DNA from: an uncultured Elusimicrobiaceae bacterium
GTDB taxonomy: Bacteria; Elusimicrobiota; Elusimicrobia; Elusimicrobiales; UBA9959
Assembly: GCA_964631475.1 (NCBI GenBank)
Contig: CAZVWK010000003.1
Coordinates: 1 to 60,727, forward strand
Length of the DNA: 60,727 bases
Direction: 5' to 3'
The position numbers were made by a program, and so were the translations under genes. How positions within the stretch are numbered: the stretch's first letter is position 1; every line of letters begins with the position of its first letter. Below the pieces are notes generated by a model. The model worked only from the letters and a program-made list of their open reading frames with translations. It ran no database searches and was not told the origin of the DNA. This document shows, one piece after another, positions 1 through 8,672 of the stretch.

Positions 1-508
1 CTCGTCGCGCCTCGCACCCGTCTCAAAGTTCAAGCCTCCAGCGCCGACATTATTTGCGCAGGTCTCAGTAGCTCCGGCACATACTCCGTAAGCTCGCGGC
101 TTCGGACGGTTTTCTTAGGTGAGTCCCCGCCATCCCCCCGGGTGTTTCCTTATATGACTCCAGACCGGAGAGTTCCCGCCCGGCCGAGCGCAGCGCCTGG
201 CGCGTTTCAAAAAGCCGGACCGCGGCGGCTCATGAGACCCGGGCAGGAGCCGGGGGCGTGTGACGAGCGCGGGAGCCTTGGGGGTCCGGGGGCCTAGTGG
301 CGGAATGGGCCTTTCGGTTCTGGCGTGGGGAGAACGGATAACGGATGATATGATGATGGGTATAAAATACCTGGCCCCGTTTTCGCGCTGCTGATGGCGG
401 CGCTGCCTTTTACGGCTTTGGCCCAGCAGACGCCGCCGCTGCCGCCCATGCCCGTCACCGGCGACATGGGGACCCTGCCGCCGCCGGCCCTCCCCGCGCC
501 GCGCGCAG

Positions 509-542
509 AAAAAAAGAAGCCCTCCGTGGGGGGGAGGGCTTC
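509..542 (-). terminator. Intrinsic terminator downstream of the RND pump gene
   Basis: Perfect 10-bp stem gaagccctcc (516-525) / ggagggcttc (533-542) with a 7-nt loop. Read on the minus strand, the hairpin is followed by seven T (509-515). It lies 25 nt past the stop codon (567-569) of the 1029-aa ORF. Confidence 0.65.
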
Positions 543-566
543 GCGGCGGTCAACGGAACGGCAAGG

Positions 567-3500
567 TCAGACGGCTTCCCGTGCGGCAAGCCCGAACTTT
601 TTCCTGGCCCACTCCTGGAAGTCGTCCATATAGGCGTAGGTCACCGGCGTCATGAGCAGCGTGATGAGCAGCGACAGCAACTGGCCGCCTATGATGACCA
701 TGGCCATGGTGCGGCGCGTGCCCGAGCCGGCGCCGGTGCCCAGCGCCGTTGGTATCATGCTGACTATCAGGGTCAGCGTGGTCATCAGGATCGGGCGCAG
801 CCGGGTGCGGTTAGCCTCTATCATCGCCTGGTGCCTGGGCATCCCTTTCGCCCGCAGCGTATTGGTATAGTCCACCTGCAGGATGGAGTTCTTGGTGACT
901 ATGCCGAAGAGCATGAACATGCCCATGATGCTGAACAGCGTCAGGTTCTGGCCGGTCAGGAACAGCGAGATGATGGCGAACGGGATGGTCAGCGGCAGGA
1001 CCACCATGATGGAGACCGGGTAGACGAAGCTCTCGAACTGGCTGGCCAGCACGATGTAAATGAAGATGAAGGCCAGCGCGAAGGCTATGCCGAACTCCTT
1101 GAGCATGTTGCCGAGCTCCTTGGCCCGGCCGTACACCCCGGCCTTGTATTCCGGCGGCGCGCCCAGCGCCTTGAAAGCCTTGTCGGCTTCGGCCAGCAGC
1201 CGGTTGACCGGGATGCCGTCCACGTTGGCCGTGACCTGCACGTTGCGCTGGCGGTTGTAGCGGGCTATCTGCGTGGGGCCGAGCCCCTCGGTCACGCGCG
1301 CCACGCTGTCGAGGCGGGCGACGCGCTCGCCGGCGGCCGGCACCATCAGGGCCTCTATGGCCTCCTTGCGGTCGCGGAAGACGTCCTCGGCGCGCAGCCG
1401 GACCTGGTAGAGCTCGTCCCGGTCCTTGAACTTGGTGATGTCCTCCTCTCCGCCCACCAGCGTGCGCAGCGAGGTGGCTATGTCCTGCACCTTGACGCCC
1501 AGATCGTGGGCGCGGCCGCGGTCTATCTCCACGCGGTACTCGGGCTTGGCGTAGGAGAAGCTGGTGTCCACGTCCACGGCGCCCTTTATGCCGCGCAGCT
1601 TTTCGGCCACGGCGTTGGAATATTCCTCGAGCTTTCCGAGGTCCGGCCCCGAGATATTGAACATCAGCTCGGCGTCGCCGCCGCCGAAGCCGCCCGCGGG
1701 CATCACGGACGCCCGCAGGCCCTTGTACTTGGACATCATCTCGCGCGAGGCGAACATCAGCTCGCTCATCGGTATGTCGCGGCCGGACAGGCCGTCGAGC
1801 TCCACCAGCACGTAGCCCTGGTTGGCGGAAGACCCGCCGAAATTGCCGCCGGTGCCGGTGCCTATCGAAGAGAGGATGTTCTTCACGTGAGGCAACTGCC
1901 GCGTCTCGGCCTCTATCTGCGCGAAGATCTCTTTCATTTTGCCGAGGCTGGTGCCCTCCGGCGCGGTGACGTTTATCTGGTAGAGGCTGGTGTCGTCGGC
2001 CGGCATGAAGTCCTTGCCCAGGAGGATGAACAGCGGGACCATCGAGAAGACGACCGCGCCGGCGAAGACGACCATCCTGCGCTTGTGCGCCAGCGCCCAT
2101 TCGAGCATGGCTATGTAGCGCGAGGCCAGCCATTCGTTGACGCCGTCGGTGAACCTCTCCAGCCGGTTCTTGGCGCCGGGCCTGACTTTCAGGAAAAGCG
2201 AGCAGAGCATGGGAGTCAGCGTCAGCGCGACGAAGACGCTCAGGGCCACGGCGAAGGCTATGGTGAGGCCGTAACTCTTGAGGAAGCGGCCGATGATGCC
2301 GCCCATGTAGGCCAGCGGCACGAAAATGACCAGCAACGCGGCCGACATGGCCACCACGGCGAAGCCTATCTCGCGGGAGCCGTCGAGCGCCGCCTTGACC
2401 GGGCTCATCTTGCGCTCCTCCATGTGCCGGTAGATGTTCTCGAGCATGACTATGGCGTCGTCGACCACTATGCCCACGGCTATGGTCAGGCCCAGCAGGG
2501 TCATGATGTTTATGGTGAACCCGGCGGCCTGCATGAAGACGAAAGTCCCTATCAGCGAGGTGGGGATGGCCAGCGCGGAGATAATGGTCGAGCGGAAGTC
2601 GCCGAGGAAGAGCAGCACCATCAGCGCGGCGAACAGCGCGCCCAGGACCAGATGCTCGGTCACGCTGTTGACCGAGTCCTTGATGAAGACGCTCTGGTCG
2701 CCGATTATGGTGGTCCGCACGTCGGGCGGCAGGGAGCCCCGTATCTCCCCCAGGCGCGCCTTGATGTTCTCCACCACGGCGACCGTGTTGGTGCCGGACT
2801 GCTTCTTGACCACGGCGGTGACCGACGGGCGGCCGTTGTAGAACGAGGCGGTGCCCATCCGCTCGCCCGTGTCCTCGACCCGGCCTATGTCGGAGACGCG
2901 CACCGGCGAGCCGTCGATGGTGGCGACGACTATGGCGCCGAAATCCCGGGCGTCGTTTATGCGGCCCAGCGTGCGCAGGACGAATTCCCTGTCCTTCTGC
3001 TCGACCTTGCCGCCGGGGATCTCTATGTTCTGCTGGACGATGGCGTCCCGGACCTTGTTTATCGGCAGGTTCAGCGCGGCCAGCTTGAGCGGGTTGACCA
3101 CTATGTGGATCTCGCGCTCGCGGCCGCCGACTATGTCCACCGCGCCCACGCCGCTGACGGTCTCGATGTTCTCCTTGATGCTCTTTTTGGCGATCCGGGT
3201 CAGGTCTATCAGGTCGCGGTCGCCGTAGACGACCACGTTGAGCACGGACTGGGCGCCTATGTCGAATTTGCCTATGACCGGCGGGTCCGTGCCCTGAGGC
3301 AACTGGGCCAGCACGGAGTTGACTTTGTCGCGCACCTCCTGTGCGGCCACGTCGCCGTCCTTCTCCAGGGCGAACTTGAGTATGACCAGCGAGAGCCCCT
3401 CGAAGCTGGTGGAGTTGATATCCTCGATGCCGGAGATGGTGTTGACCGCCTCCTCTATGGGCTTGGTGACGGAGGACTCCATCTCCTCCGGCCCGGCGCC

Positions 3501-3656
3501 GCGCAGCGTGGTCTGTACCATCACGAAGGGGAATTCCACGTCGGGCATCAGGTCTATGCCCAGGCGGAGGTACGACGCCGCGCCCAGCACCAGGACGGTG
3601 AGGATCATCATCGTCGTCAGTACGGGGCGCTTTACCGAAAGGTCGGTGATCTTCAT
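567..3656 (-). CDS. RND (HAE1/AcrB-type) inner-membrane multidrug efflux transporter
   Basis: 1029-aa ORF. The N-terminus MKITDLSVKRPVLTTMMILTVLVLGAASYLRLGIDLMPDVEFPFV and the 12-TM, two-large-loop organisation are typical of the AcrB/AcrD/AcrF family. It sits 4 nt downstream of the adaptor gene. Confidence 0.95.
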   Translation of the reverse strand: MKITDLSVKRPVLTTMMILTVLVLGAASYLRLGIDLMPDVEFPFVMVQTTLRGAGPEEMESSVTKPIEEAVNTISGIEDINSTSFEGLSLVILKFALEKDGDVAAQEVRDKVNSVLAQLPQGTDPPVIGKFDIGAQSVLNVVVYGDRDLIDLTRIAKKSIKENIETVSGVGAVDIVGGREREIHIVVNPLKLAALNLPINKVRDAIVQQNIEIPGGKVEQKDREFVLRTLGRINDARDFGAIVVATIDGSPVRVSDIGRVEDTGERMGTASFYNGRPSVTAVVKKQSGTNTVAVVENIKARLGEIRGSLPPDVRTTIIGDQSVFIKDSVNSVTEHLVLGALFAALMVLLFLGDFRSTIISALAIPTSLIGTFVFMQAAGFTINIMTLLGLTIAVGIVVDDAIVMLENIYRHMEERKMSPVKAALDGSREIGFAVVAMSAALLVIFVPLAYMGGIIGRFLKSYGLTIAFAVALSVFVALTLTPMLCSLFLKVRPGAKNRLERFTDGVNEWLASRYIAMLEWALAHKRRMVVFAGAVVFSMVPLFILLGKDFMPADDTSLYQINVTAPEGTSLGKMKEIFAQIEAETRQLPHVKNILSSIGTGTGGNFGGSSANQGYVLVELDGLSGRDIPMSELMFASREMMSKYKGLRASVMPAGGFGGGDAELMFNISGPDLGKLEEYSNAVAEKLRGIKGAVDVDTSFSYAKPEYRVEIDRGRAHDLGVKVQDIATSLRTLVGGEEDITKFKDRDELYQVRLRAEDVFRDRKEAIEALMVPAAGERVARLDSVARVTEGLGPTQIARYNRQRNVQVTANVDGIPVNRLLAEADKAFKALGAPPEYKAGVYGRAKELGNMLKEFGIAFALAFIFIYIVLASQFESFVYPVSIMVVLPLTIPFAIISLFLTGQNLTLFSIMGMFMLFGIVTKNSILQVDYTNTLRAKGMPRHQAMIEANRTRLRPILMTTLTLIVSMIPTALGTGAGSGTRRTMAMVIIGGQLLSLLITLLMTPVTYAYMDDFQEWARKKFGLAAREAV

Positions 3657-3660
3657 GGCC

Positions 3661-4542
3661 TTAGTTCTGCGCCTTTATCTTGCTGCCGTCCTTGAGGCCG
3701 TAGAGGCCGAATGTGATGACCTCGTCTCCCGGCTTCAGGCCGTCCACCTGCGTATAGTCGGCGGTGGCGATGCCGGTCTTCACCGGCACCCGGCGCGCAG
3801 TATCGCCGGCCGGGACGAAGACCCAGGCCTGGCCGTTCTCCCTGAGCACTGCGCCCGACGGTACCGTGACGGCGGCGCCGCGCGAGGCGACGATGACGCG
3901 CACCTCGGCGAACATGCCGGACTTGAGGCGCCCTTCGGGATTGTCGAGCAGCACTTCCACCGCGGTGCTGCGCGAGCGGGCGTCGACCACAGGGCTGACG
4001 CGGTAGACGCGGCCGGTGAAATAACGGTCGGGGAAAGCGTCCACCTTTATCCGGGCGGTCTGGTCGCGGAAAACTTTGCCGATGTACTTCTCGGGGACGT
4101 CCACCTCGACGCGGACCTTGGACTGGTCCACCACCAGGGCTATGGGCGTCTGGGAGGTTACATTGGCGCCGGTGTCCTGGTAGACGCGGCCCACTATTCC
4201 GCTCAGCGTGGAGGGCACGGGCGCGGGCTCGTAGACCACGCCGACCTCGTCGCGCTCCACCAGGGCCACCGCCTCGTCCTTTTTGACCGGGTCGCCCTCT
4301 TTGAGCAGGTTGCGCAGCAGCTTGCCGGCGGCGCGCGGGTAGAGCGTCGCTTCGTCGAGCGCGCGGACCGAGCCTGTCAGGAGTATGTAGTCCTCGAGCG
4401 GGCGTGTCCGCGCCTGCTCGGTCCTGACCAGGAAGCGGTCCTTCTCCAGGGCGTCGAGCGCCTCCCTGGCGCGGCTGCCGCAGCCGGCCGACGACAGGGC
4501 GAAGGAGGCCAGGAGCAGGGCGGTGATATGGTTCTTGTTCAT
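3661..4542 (-). CDS. RND periplasmic adaptor (membrane fusion protein, HlyD/AcrA family), lipoprotein
   Basis: 293 aa with a lipobox-type signal peptide LLLASFALSSAGC. It has barrel-sandwich/beta-barrel MFP motifs (VRVEVDVPEKYIGKV, FTGRVYRVSPVVDARSRS) and lies between the TolC-like and RND genes. Confidence 0.9.
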   Translation of the reverse strand: MNKNHITALLLASFALSSAGCGSRAREALDALEKDRFLVRTEQARTRPLEDYILLTGSVRALDEATLYPRAAGKLLRNLLKEGDPVKKDEAVALVERDEVGVVYEPAPVPSTLSGIVGRVYQDTGANVTSQTPIALVVDQSKVRVEVDVPEKYIGKVFRDQTARIKVDAFPDRYFTGRVYRVSPVVDARSRSTAVEVLLDNPEGRLKSGMFAEVRVIVASRGAAVTVPSGAVLRENGQAWVFVPAGDTARRVPVKTGIATADYTQVDGLKPGDEVITFGLYGLKDGSKIKAQN

Positions 4543-4560
4543 ATTTTTTCCTTGTATTTT

Positions 4561-6429
4561 TCACTTTCCCACGGCCCAGTCAAGCCCGGCGGCCGCCGAG
4601 CAGACATCGTGCTGGGCCTGGGTGTGGAGGGTCTGGGCCCTGTTGAGGGCGAGCGTGGCGTCATTGAGGTCGAGCTGGCCGGCGAGGCCGTTCTTGAAGC
4701 GCAGCTCCGTCGCCGAGAGGGCCTTGCGGGCCGTCTCCACGGCGGCCGCCTGGGAGGCGAGGCGCTGGGAGGCCTCCCTGAGCTCCAGCCAGGCTTTCTT
4801 GACGGTTATCTTCAGGTCGCGCCCGGCGCTCTCCATATTTTCTTCCGCCACCCGCAGCGCCAGGTCGGCCTGCTTTACGCGCGAGGAGACCGAGCCGCCG
4901 GCGAACAGCGGCAGGCTGAGTTTGACCCCGGCGGTCAGGGCCCAGCTCCGCTGATCGGCGCCGGGAAAGGAGGAATCGGTCTGGCCCTGGAAGCCTCGCG
5001 AGGCGAAAGCGCCCAGGTAGGGATAATGCCCCGCCCGCTCCAGCGTAACGCCCTGTTCCGCCAGCTTTTTTTCCAGGCCGGCCAGCCGGTATTCCGGCCT
5101 CGCCGTCCTCGCGGCGGCGTAGAGTTCGTCTAGCGGGGGCGGTCCGGCTGGGGCGCAGCCCATCTGCCCGGTGAGCTCTATTTCGGCGTCCGGGTCCATG
5201 CCCAGCAGGTCCTTGAGCGCCAGCAGGCCCGACTCGTAAAAGTTCAGGTTCTGCGTTACGGCCGGCTCGTTGTTGGAGACCTCCACGCGCTGGCGCAGCA
5301 GGGCCAGGTCGCTGGCCAGGCCCTGCTTGTACCGGGCCTCTATGACGGCCAGGTGTTGGCGGGAAAGGTCGAGCGTCTCCCGCTGTATGTCGGCCATGGC
5401 CTTGGACAGCAGGACGGCGTAGTACATCTGCGTGACGGCCTTGCGCACCGAGTTGCGGACGGAGCGCAGCCGCTCGGCGCTGGAGTCGGAGTAGATGCCG
5501 GCCATCTCTATGCCGGTGCGCACCTTGCCGCCGGCCCAGAGAACCTGGTTGAGGTCCAGCGAGGCGGCCCAGGCGTTGTCGGAGCCCAGCTCTATCCTGT
5601 TCCCCCCGAAGAAGATGGAGGGCTTCTCTATGTTCCGGGTGTAGGAGGCCGCGGCGCTGAGCTGCGGGTAGACCCCGCCCCAGTACTCGCGGATCTTTTC
5701 CTTATATATGAGGCGGCCGCGCTCGGCGTTGGCCACGCCGGCGTTGTTCTCCATGGCCAGCTCCACGGCCCGGTCCACGTCCAGCGCGACCGTCCCGGCG
5801 CCGGCGGACAGGGGGGAGAGGAGGAACAGCAGGCAGGCGGCCTGCAGGGAGCGCGCGCCGGCGCAGATGATGCGGGCGAGGCGGCGGGGGAGGCCCTTGT
5901 CGATGGCGGAGGCTCCTTTCTCCCTGGCCTCTATCATGAAATGCTCTATGACAGAGCTAATCATGTGAAGTACGTCCTCTGCGGCGCGCGGGGAGAAATT
6001 CTCCTTCTTGAGCATGGCGCGCAGGGCGGCGCGGTTGCGCTCCTTGAGCCCGCGCGCGAGTTCGGCCAGCGTGCCCTCGGAGGGGGAGGACATCACCCTC
6101 AGCGCGCATTTGGGCATCTCCGGATAGCGGCGTATGAAGGCCAGGTGGTTGGAGAACACCTTCTCAAGGCGGCTTTCCAGGTCCAGCCCGGGCTGGTCTA
6201 TTTCTACCCGCACTTCCTTGAAATGCTTGGTCCCTTCCTCGAAGGCCGCTTTTATTAGAGCGGCCTTGTCCCTGAAATAGTAATAGAGGACCGGCTTGGT
6301 GATCTTCAGCGTGGCCGAGATCTCGCGCATCGAGACCGCGTCGGGTCCGCGCTCGGCCATCATGGCCGCCGCCGTCTCGAGTATCCTGCGCCGGGTCTCT
6401 TCGGCGCGCTTCCGCCTGGGGGTGGGCAT
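4561..6429 (-). CDS. TetR-family HTH regulator domain continuous in frame with a TolC-like outer membrane factor
   Basis: 622-aa ORF. Residues 1 to about 165 form a TetR N-terminal HTH (RRRILETAAAMMAERGPDAVSMREISATLKITKPVLYYYFRDK). From about residue 185 there is a signal-like segment RRLARIICAGARSLQAACLLFLLSPLSAGAG, then TolC/OprM-type repeats. No stop codon separates the two parts. An internal in-frame ATG lies at 5935-5937. Confidence 0.8.
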   Translation of the reverse strand: MPTPRRKRAEETRRRILETAAAMMAERGPDAVSMREISATLKITKPVLYYYFRDKAALIKAAFEEGTKHFKEVRVEIDQPGLDLESRLEKVFSNHLAFIRRYPEMPKCALRVMSSPSEGTLAELARGLKERNRAALRAMLKKENFSPRAAEDVLHMISSVIEHFMIEAREKGASAIDKGLPRRLARIICAGARSLQAACLLFLLSPLSAGAGTVALDVDRAVELAMENNAGVANAERGRLIYKEKIREYWGGVYPQLSAAASYTRNIEKPSIFFGGNRIELGSDNAWAASLDLNQVLWAGGKVRTGIEMAGIYSDSSAERLRSVRNSVRKAVTQMYYAVLLSKAMADIQRETLDLSRQHLAVIEARYKQGLASDLALLRQRVEVSNNEPAVTQNLNFYESGLLALKDLLGMDPDAEIELTGQMGCAPAGPPPLDELYAAARTARPEYRLAGLEKKLAEQGVTLERAGHYPYLGAFASRGFQGQTDSSFPGADQRSWALTAGVKLSLPLFAGGSVSSRVKQADLALRVAEENMESAGRDLKITVKKAWLELREASQRLASQAAAVETARKALSATELRFKNGLAGQLDLNDATLALNRAQTLHTQAQHDVCSAAAGLDWAVGK

Positions 6430-6448
6430 GCCTTTCTCCGTCTCTATG

Positions 6449-6496
6449 TATACTTACCGGTAGGTAAGTATATTAGAAAGGAGGCGCGGCGGTCAA
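6449..6496 (-). promoter_or_regulatory. Candidate promoter plus TetR-type operator of the efflux operon
   Basis: On the minus strand: TTGACC (6496-6491), then TAATAT after 15 nt or TATACT after 18 nt, then GGAGA about 5 nt before the ATG (6429). A 10-bp inverted repeat tatacttacc (6449-6458) / ggtaagtata (6463-6472) with a 4-bp spacer overlaps the -10/start region. Confidence 0.5.
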
Positions 6497-6866
6497 GCGG
6501 CGGAGCGCGGCGCGTTCCGGGGGCGCGGGCCGCGCGGCTTCAGCGGGCGGAGACGGCGGCGGCGACGCGGCGGGCCATGCGGTCCGCGAAGTCGGGGGGG
6601 AAATTGGAGAAGCGGCTGTGCTGGAACTCGAAGATGGTCAGCGTCATTACGCCGCGCACGAGCAGCCTGGCGTCCTCGGCGGCGCCGTCAAACCGGGGCC
6701 GAAGGGCCCAGAAAGGAGTAGGCCTTTTTTTCAGCCACAGGTGGGCTTACGGGCCCTTGGGCCGCCGCCCGGTTTAAGTTAACATTTATCAAGTCATTTC
6801 CTTTGTAATCCCCCGAAAGGCGGGGGAGTATCCACGCGGCCGCCTATGAATGGCCGTTCACCAGGG

Positions 6867-6906
6867 GAAAACAGGATAAGGGTTTATTCCTGTTTTCTTG
6901 TTTTTT
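6867..6906 (+). promoter_or_regulatory. Terminator-like hairpin in the 5' leader of the 6928 gene
   Basis: 10-bp stem gaaaacagga (6867-6876) / tcctgttttc (6888-6897) with an 11-nt loop, followed by ttgtttttt. No plus-strand gene lies upstream, because the region is a divergent intergenic spacer. Confidence 0.4.
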
Positions 6907-6927
6907 GGTCGCCCTGGTGAAAAACGG

Positions 6928-7812
6928 ATGATAAAAACACTTCTAATAACACTGCTATCGGCGCTGCCGGCCCATGCCGGCGGGGCCAGCGTATTCACGG
7001 ACCCCTCTTTTCAGAACTTCAACGAACTGGCCTACGGCTACAAGCGTCCCGGCCGGAACAATGAGCCGCCGGCTCATCAAGTGCCGGGCGCTATGCCGCC
7101 CGGCCTGCGCGACGCGGTCGCGTCGGCCCCGTCCGGCCTGGCGGCCGTGACGCCGCCGTCGGCCGTCTCCGCGCCCAAGGACGGGGCCGCCCAGCCTTCC
7201 GCCACGCTGCCGCCCGATGTGCCCGCCGGCTGGCCGCACCTGGTTTACCGGGTGCGTTCGGCCCTGCGCCGCGGCCCCATCTCGGCCTTCGTCCCTCAGC
7301 CGGGTTCGTCCCCGGACGGCGCCCACAAAGGCCTGGTCTATATAAGTTTCGTTCCGGTGCCCGAAGATTTCGGCCCGCTGGTGAAAGAGCTGGCGGAAAC
7401 GTCGGGCTTTTTTTACACCGGCGAGAGGGCCTTGCGCTACACGCCCTCGACCACCGCCCAGGTAAAGGTCTACGGCCTGGTGCCTTCGGCCTCGCTGCCT
7501 GAAGTCTATAGCCACCCGGCCGTGGCCCGGGCGGGCCTGGAGGGCGGCCGGCCCGAACTGCCGCTCAAGAGCTCCGTCGCTTTCACTCTGCGCGTGCCCG
7601 CCGGCGTGAACCCCGGCGAGTTCATAGACTCTTTCACGGCCGCCATGTCCGAGCGGACGGGCTTCTCCCTCGCCGTCTCGGCCCCGGCCGGCGGCGGCCG
7701 CCCCGGCCACGACAGTTTCACCCCTTATTCGCTCACCGGCGAGATACACTCGGACAGGGTCAGGGAGCTTATCGGGTCCCCCTTCGTTACCGCCGTTTCC
7801 GTAAAGAGCTGA
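6928..7812 (+). CDS. Hypothetical secreted protein
   Basis: The ORF track has 6898..7812. I prefer the ATG at 6928, which gives the signal peptide MIKTLLITLLSALPAHAGG. There is a Pro/Ala-rich linker, then a roughly 180-aa globular part. I recognise no family. Confidence 0.6.
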   Translation: MIKTLLITLLSALPAHAGGASVFTDPSFQNFNELAYGYKRPGRNNEPPAHQVPGAMPPGLRDAVASAPSGLAAVTPPSAVSAPKDGAAQPSATLPPDVPAGWPHLVYRVRSALRRGPISAFVPQPGSSPDGAHKGLVYISFVPVPEDFGPLVKELAETSGFFYTGERALRYTPSTTAQVKVYGLVPSASLPEVYSHPAVARAGLEGGRPELPLKSSVAFTLRVPAGVNPGEFIDSFTAAMSERTGFSLAVSAPAGGGRPGHDSFTPYSLTGEIHSDRVRELIGSPFVTAVSVKS

Positions 7813-7831
7813 GTTTCCCGCAGTTCAAAAC

Positions 7832-7864
7832 AGGCCGCGCCCTTTGAAGGCGCGGCCTTGTGTT
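7832..7864 (+). terminator. Intrinsic terminator after the 6928 gene
   Basis: 10-bp GC stem aggccgcgcc (7832-7841) / ggcgcggcct (7849-7858) with a 7-nt loop, followed by tgtgtt. It starts 20 nt after the stop codon. Confidence 0.6.
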
Positions 7865-7877
7865 ATATAATAATAAT

Positions 7878-8672
7878 ATGCAGGAACATACCCATAACGT
7901 CTCCAACGCACCTGAGGCCGCCCGCCGCAAAGGCTACAGGGTTGTCTTCCTTCTCGCTTTTACGGCGGCCATGCTCTTCGAGGCCCTGCTTTTCCTGCAC
8001 ACCCAGGCCAGGGAGATTCTCGGGTTGCTGGAAGACGACTTCCGGGTGGTCGTCCTCCTCAAGGACGGCAAACGGAAGGAGCGCGACGCCCTCTGGGAGT
8101 CCATACGCGCGCTGCAGGGGGTCAGGAGCGCGGTGTTCATTTCCAAGGACGAGCGGCTGGCGCGCATGCGCGAAGAGGACCCCGAGCTCATAAAGGGCGC
8201 CCTTTCGCTGGGCCCCAACCCGCTGCCCGACTCCTACGAGATAGCGGTGGACCAGTCCGTCATGAGCTCGCTCAACACCTGGACCGAGCTGCTCTGGGGC
8301 ATGAGCGGGGTCGCGGAGGTGCGCTATAAGCAGCTGGAGGCCTACGCCATCCTCCATTTCTCCTTTTACGACAATTTCATAGCCCTGGCTTTCGGACTCT
8401 CTCTGCTGGGCGCAGTGCTGTTCTCGCTGACCGTCCTGCTTTACCGCTTTTCCCCGGCCGGGCTCATGGAAGGCATCAGGAAGGACAAGCGCTGGTTCCT
8501 CTCCGGAGCCGGCGGGGCGGCCGCGGCCGTGCTGGCCTGCTACCTGATAGTCTATCCCGTGAGGTATCTGAGCCCCGTCTGGGCCTGGCCTAACCCGCTC
8601 TGGCACCTGGCCGGCGTACTGACGGCGGGCTTCCTGGCCTGGACCATGGTGCAATGGAAAAATTCGCGATAG
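7878..8672 (+). CDS. ftsX: Cell-division permease-like protein FtsX
   Basis: N-terminal TM segment, then a periplasmic domain with the FtsX signature (VVVLLKDG..., GVRSAVFISKDERL, LGPNPLPDSYEIAV), then three C-terminal TM segments. The ATG at 7878 is preferred to the GTG at 7860. Confidence 0.75.
   Translation: MQEHTHNVSNAPEAARRKGYRVVFLLAFTAAMLFEALLFLHTQAREILGLLEDDFRVVVLLKDGKRKERDALWESIRALQGVRSAVFISKDERLARMREEDPELIKGALSLGPNPLPDSYEIAVDQSVMSSLNTWTELLWGMSGVAEVRYKQLEAYAILHFSFYDNFIALAFGLSLLGAVLFSLTVLLYRFSPAGLMEGIRKDKRWFLSGAGGAAAAVLACYLIVYPVRYLSPVWAWPNPLWHLAGVLTAGFLAWTMVQWKNSR

Noticed and set aside
1-390. Frame 1 is open from the window edge to the TAG at 295-297 (98 codons); a possible 3' end of an upstream gene or an RNA.
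   Set aside because: The translation (Ser/Pro/Arg/Gly-rich) looks non-protein-like. I saw no tRNA or rRNA-like structure and no motif. I leave it unassigned.
394-633. 79-aa Pro-rich ORF. A short upstream ORF (MMMGIKYLAPFSRC, 350-394) would give a nice signal peptide if joined to it by a frame shift.
   Set aside because: Its 3' end runs through the pump terminator hairpin and 67 nt into the convergent RND gene. It has no RBS and no recognisable fold. It may be a decayed small secreted-protein gene, but I cannot support it.
831-3695. 954-aa plus-strand ORF (and the 440-aa minus-strand ORF 811-2133) overlapping the RND pump gene.
   Set aside because: It lies entirely antisense to, or out of frame with, a textbook AcrB-family ORF. 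The translation is a monotonous Gly/His/Arg/Asp/Val/Leu mix with no motifs. This is a typical stop-poor shadow frame in GC-rich DNA.
6540-6740. Minus-strand reading frame ending at the TGA (6540-6542) that translates to ...ARLLVRGVMTLTIFEFQHSRFSNFPPDFADRMARRVAAAVSAR, and the opposite-strand 66-aa ORF 6577-6777.
   Set aside because: The minus frame has no start codon upstream of a stop at about 6745 other than an internal Met, so it is at most a C-terminal gene remnant. The plus ORF has no RBS or motif. Neither is supportable as a gene.
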